Source: Candidatus Bathyarchaeota archaeon (GTDB lineage: Archaea; Thermoproteota; Bathyarchaeia; Bathyarchaeales; Bathyarchaeaceae). From it: a stretch of DNA of 39,438 bases. Under the pieces are notes generated by a model. That model worked only from the letters and a program-made list of their open reading frames with translations, ran no database searches and was not told the DNA's origin. Where the stretch lies: the NCBI GenBank assembly GCA_026967815.1, contig JAPUUO010000003.1, forward strand, positions 1 through 39,438. Reading direction: 5' to 3'. The translations under genes were made by a program, and so were the position numbers. Position 1 is the first letter of the stretch, and every line of letters begins with the position of its first letter. This document shows positions 37,599 through 39,438 of this stretch, piece by piece.

Positions 37599-38315
37599 GT
37601 GAGCATTATGGTAGAAATCTTCAATATTAACTATAATCAGTATGTTGATGTCGTTGGTACTGCTCACTTTACAAGACGTAGCATTAACGATGCCTATGAG
37701 TCAATAAAGTCTTTGAACCCTAAAGATGTCGCCATCGAACTCGATTGGACACGCTTCCAACATCTCAACACCGCATGCATAGGTTGCCCAAAAAGCGGAT
37801 CATGCAAAGGTCTCTGTGAATTCACTGGAGCCGCGGAAGCCTTAGGAAACGTCGACACCAACATATGGCTGATAGACATGACAGAACAAGAGATCCGACG
37901 CAGGATAAGAAGCAGAATGACCCCTTCCGAGAGAACTCGGATGGGCTTTCAGGTATACTATGAGGTAGATGAGGATCCCATTTGGCTTTGGGAGAAAGGG
38001 TTCAAGGACAGAGTGATCAACAACTCTAAAAAGCAGATAGAAGCCAGTCGACAGTTTTTTCCTTCTGTATGGCGGGTTCTTGTAGATGAACGAAATGCTT
38101 TAATGTCTGCTAGATTAGCGTGGATAGCGTCAAAGAATTTACATATCCATACAAGAAAGGACTCTAAGATACTTGCATTTGTCGGAGCTGCTCACGTTGA
38201 AGGAATAAAGGACCTGCTTATGGACCCCCTTCTAATCAAAGATCAGCTTAGAAGATTTCACTTATCGTTTACGGAGCCAACCCTTATCAGAAGAGTAGCC
38301 ATTCAATGGAACTAG
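37599..38315 (+). CDS. TraB/PrgY/GumN-like domain protein
   Basis: VVGTAH, VAIELD..R, LVDERN..M, FVGAAH..GI; inserted CIGCPKSGSCKGLC. Confidence 0.78.
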   Translation: MSIMVEIFNINYNQYVDVVGTAHFTRRSINDAYESIKSLNPKDVAIELDWTRFQHLNTACIGCPKSGSCKGLCEFTGAAEALGNVDTNIWLIDMTEQEIRRRIRSRMTPSERTRMGFQVYYEVDEDPIWLWEKGFKDRVINNSKKQIEASRQFFPSVWRVLVDERNALMSARLAWIASKNLHIHTRKDSKILAFVGAAHVEGIKDLLMDPLLIKDQLRRFHLSFTEPTLIRRVAIQWN

Positions 38316-38346
38316 CGCTGTTTCAGCGCGCGCGCATATAAACCAA

Positions 38347-38445
38347 ATCGAGAACTCCACGATCATAGCGCGAGAACTTCTTGAAGTGGACTTTCAGTCT
38401 GTCTGTGAGGAGGATAATTTCTTACAAATCTGAAAACGTATGTAG
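38347..38445 (+). pseudogene. Decayed integrase-like C-terminal fragment
   Basis: Reads IENSTIIARELLEVDFQSVCEEDNFLQI*KRM*; begins 11 nt after CG tract 38326-38335. Confidence 0.5.
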
Positions 38446-38669
38446 TGTTCATGGTCTAAGAATAACTATGAGTATCGGGCTTTATTCTCGTACTGTGGAG
38501 ACATCACCCGCTTTCCCCCGCAAATCCCCCATTTTTGCATTTTCCTTTCTAGTGTTCGGCTTCATCTTGCCAGATATCAGCAAATATGTCTCCAAAAGAG
38601 GGGGGAGGTAAAAAGTTGTTTCGCCTTCACTTCTTCTTCATGGTTTCACTTCAGTCATAACGAAGCTCT

Positions 38670-39173
38670 CTATGCATCCCAGGCAGGACCAACGTTCACA
38701 AACCTTACATACGTTCCCTCTGGCCACATTGATGCCTCAGCCGCAGCATCTTCTGGAGTGTATCCCTCCATCATAAACAGAGCCACAAGAGCTTCATACG
38801 AAAAATAAAACCACTTGTTTTTAAGAGCCTCTAATGCGGTCTCGGGATCAAGCAACATCATCATCCACGCTTCCAATCCGGAAAGGGTAATCTCTTCGGC
38901 TTTGTTCATTAGGCCTTTAGCCCTTGACGCATCAAGGCCATGCATGAAGTCAATTGGCATCTCTTCGGTGTTGGCCATCCAAGTGTGAGTTCCTCCGTTG
39001 GGAAGAATCGCGTCCGCTCCCCCAGCCGTGGCGGGAGGGCCGGGGTCCGGAGGCACGATCTCCACATGTGGGTTTTTTTCCCCTGCTTTCTGGGGTCCGA
39101 TAGGTTTAGCCAGCACTGGGGTTATCATCAACAACACTAGAAGAGCCAAGACAGGTATCAAAACTTTCTTCAT
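38670..39173 (-). CDS. Secreted hypothetical protein
   Basis: Signal peptide MKKVLIPVLALLVLLMITPVLA; GGAGGTGA SD. Confidence 0.8.
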   Translation of the reverse strand: MKKVLIPVLALLVLLMITPVLAKPIGPQKAGEKNPHVEIVPPDPGPPATAGGADAILPNGGTHTWMANTEEMPIDFMHGLDASRAKGLMNKAEEITLSGLEAWMMMLLDPETALEALKNKWFYFSYEALVALFMMEGYTPEDAAAEASMWPEGTYVRFVNVGPAWDA

Positions 39174-39340
39174 TTCATTATCACCTCCTCCTAGTAAACA
39201 AATTTAAGGAATCACCAGAACAATGTTGGAAACAATTATAGGTATTATAACGCTTTGAATGTTAGCCCTATTAATAACTTGTGAAACAACTCTATAGAAA
39301 CTTATTCACATTTCATTTCATGTTGCATTAAAGATTTAAG
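39174..39340 (-). promoter_or_regulatory. Conserved upstream module (promoter/leader), copy 2
   Basis: Reverse complement aligns with 37-221 over both conserved blocks and the leader down to the SD. Confidence 0.8.
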
Positions 39341-39438
39341 GAGAAATGCTTACATTAATAAACTGATGAAGGCAAGGCATCAGCTTGCTTGATATTTGCA
39401 TTCCTGCTCTAACTTCTCGAGTGTAAGCTGACAGGCAA

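Noticed and set aside
38431-38433. In-frame TGA as selenocysteine or readthrough
   Set aside because: It lies in a decayed fragment at a position expected to be Arg (CGA to TGA); no start codon or SECIS evidence.
1-39438. Whole window as one element with terminal inverted repeats
   Set aside because: The inverted end homology is diverged promoter/leader DNA and is not terminal-exact; the interior is core chromosome (aspS, rpl40e, alba, tRNAs) with no transposase or viral genes.

Overview
Archaeal chromosomal DNA, most consistent with Bathyarchaeia (TACK). This is an inference from Alba, eL40, Orc1/Cdc6, archaeal AspRS, AfpA, DUF2153/DUF211/DUF401 proteins and BHB-intron tRNAs. The window holds about 40 protein genes: replication initiator, sucCD, aspS, phosphate/MFS/metal transporters, a wHTH-Hsp20-TraB operon, a repeat-expanded beta-helix/PKD surface protein, and a 1310-aa helical-repeat protein with a degenerate KaiC-like domain. 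It also holds three tRNAs: Gly-GCC with a 37/38 intron, Phe-GAA with a non-canonical 30/31 intron, and Val-CAC. No rRNA, CRISPR array or intact mobile element was seen. The most unusual non-coding signals are: (1) a ~170-185 bp upstream module shared by two unrelated secreted-protein genes at opposite ends of the window, with a partial third copy; (2) a strongly iterated (CG)n motif, roughly CGCGCGCGCA, mostly at gene boundaries; (3) three decayed integrase-like C-terminal tails that each begin next to such a CG tract; (4) a triple TTAC-N6-GTAA operator over the heat-shock operon promoter; (5) two structured intergenic regions with C/D-box-like motifs. Family assignments come from motif recognition only; no searches were run.
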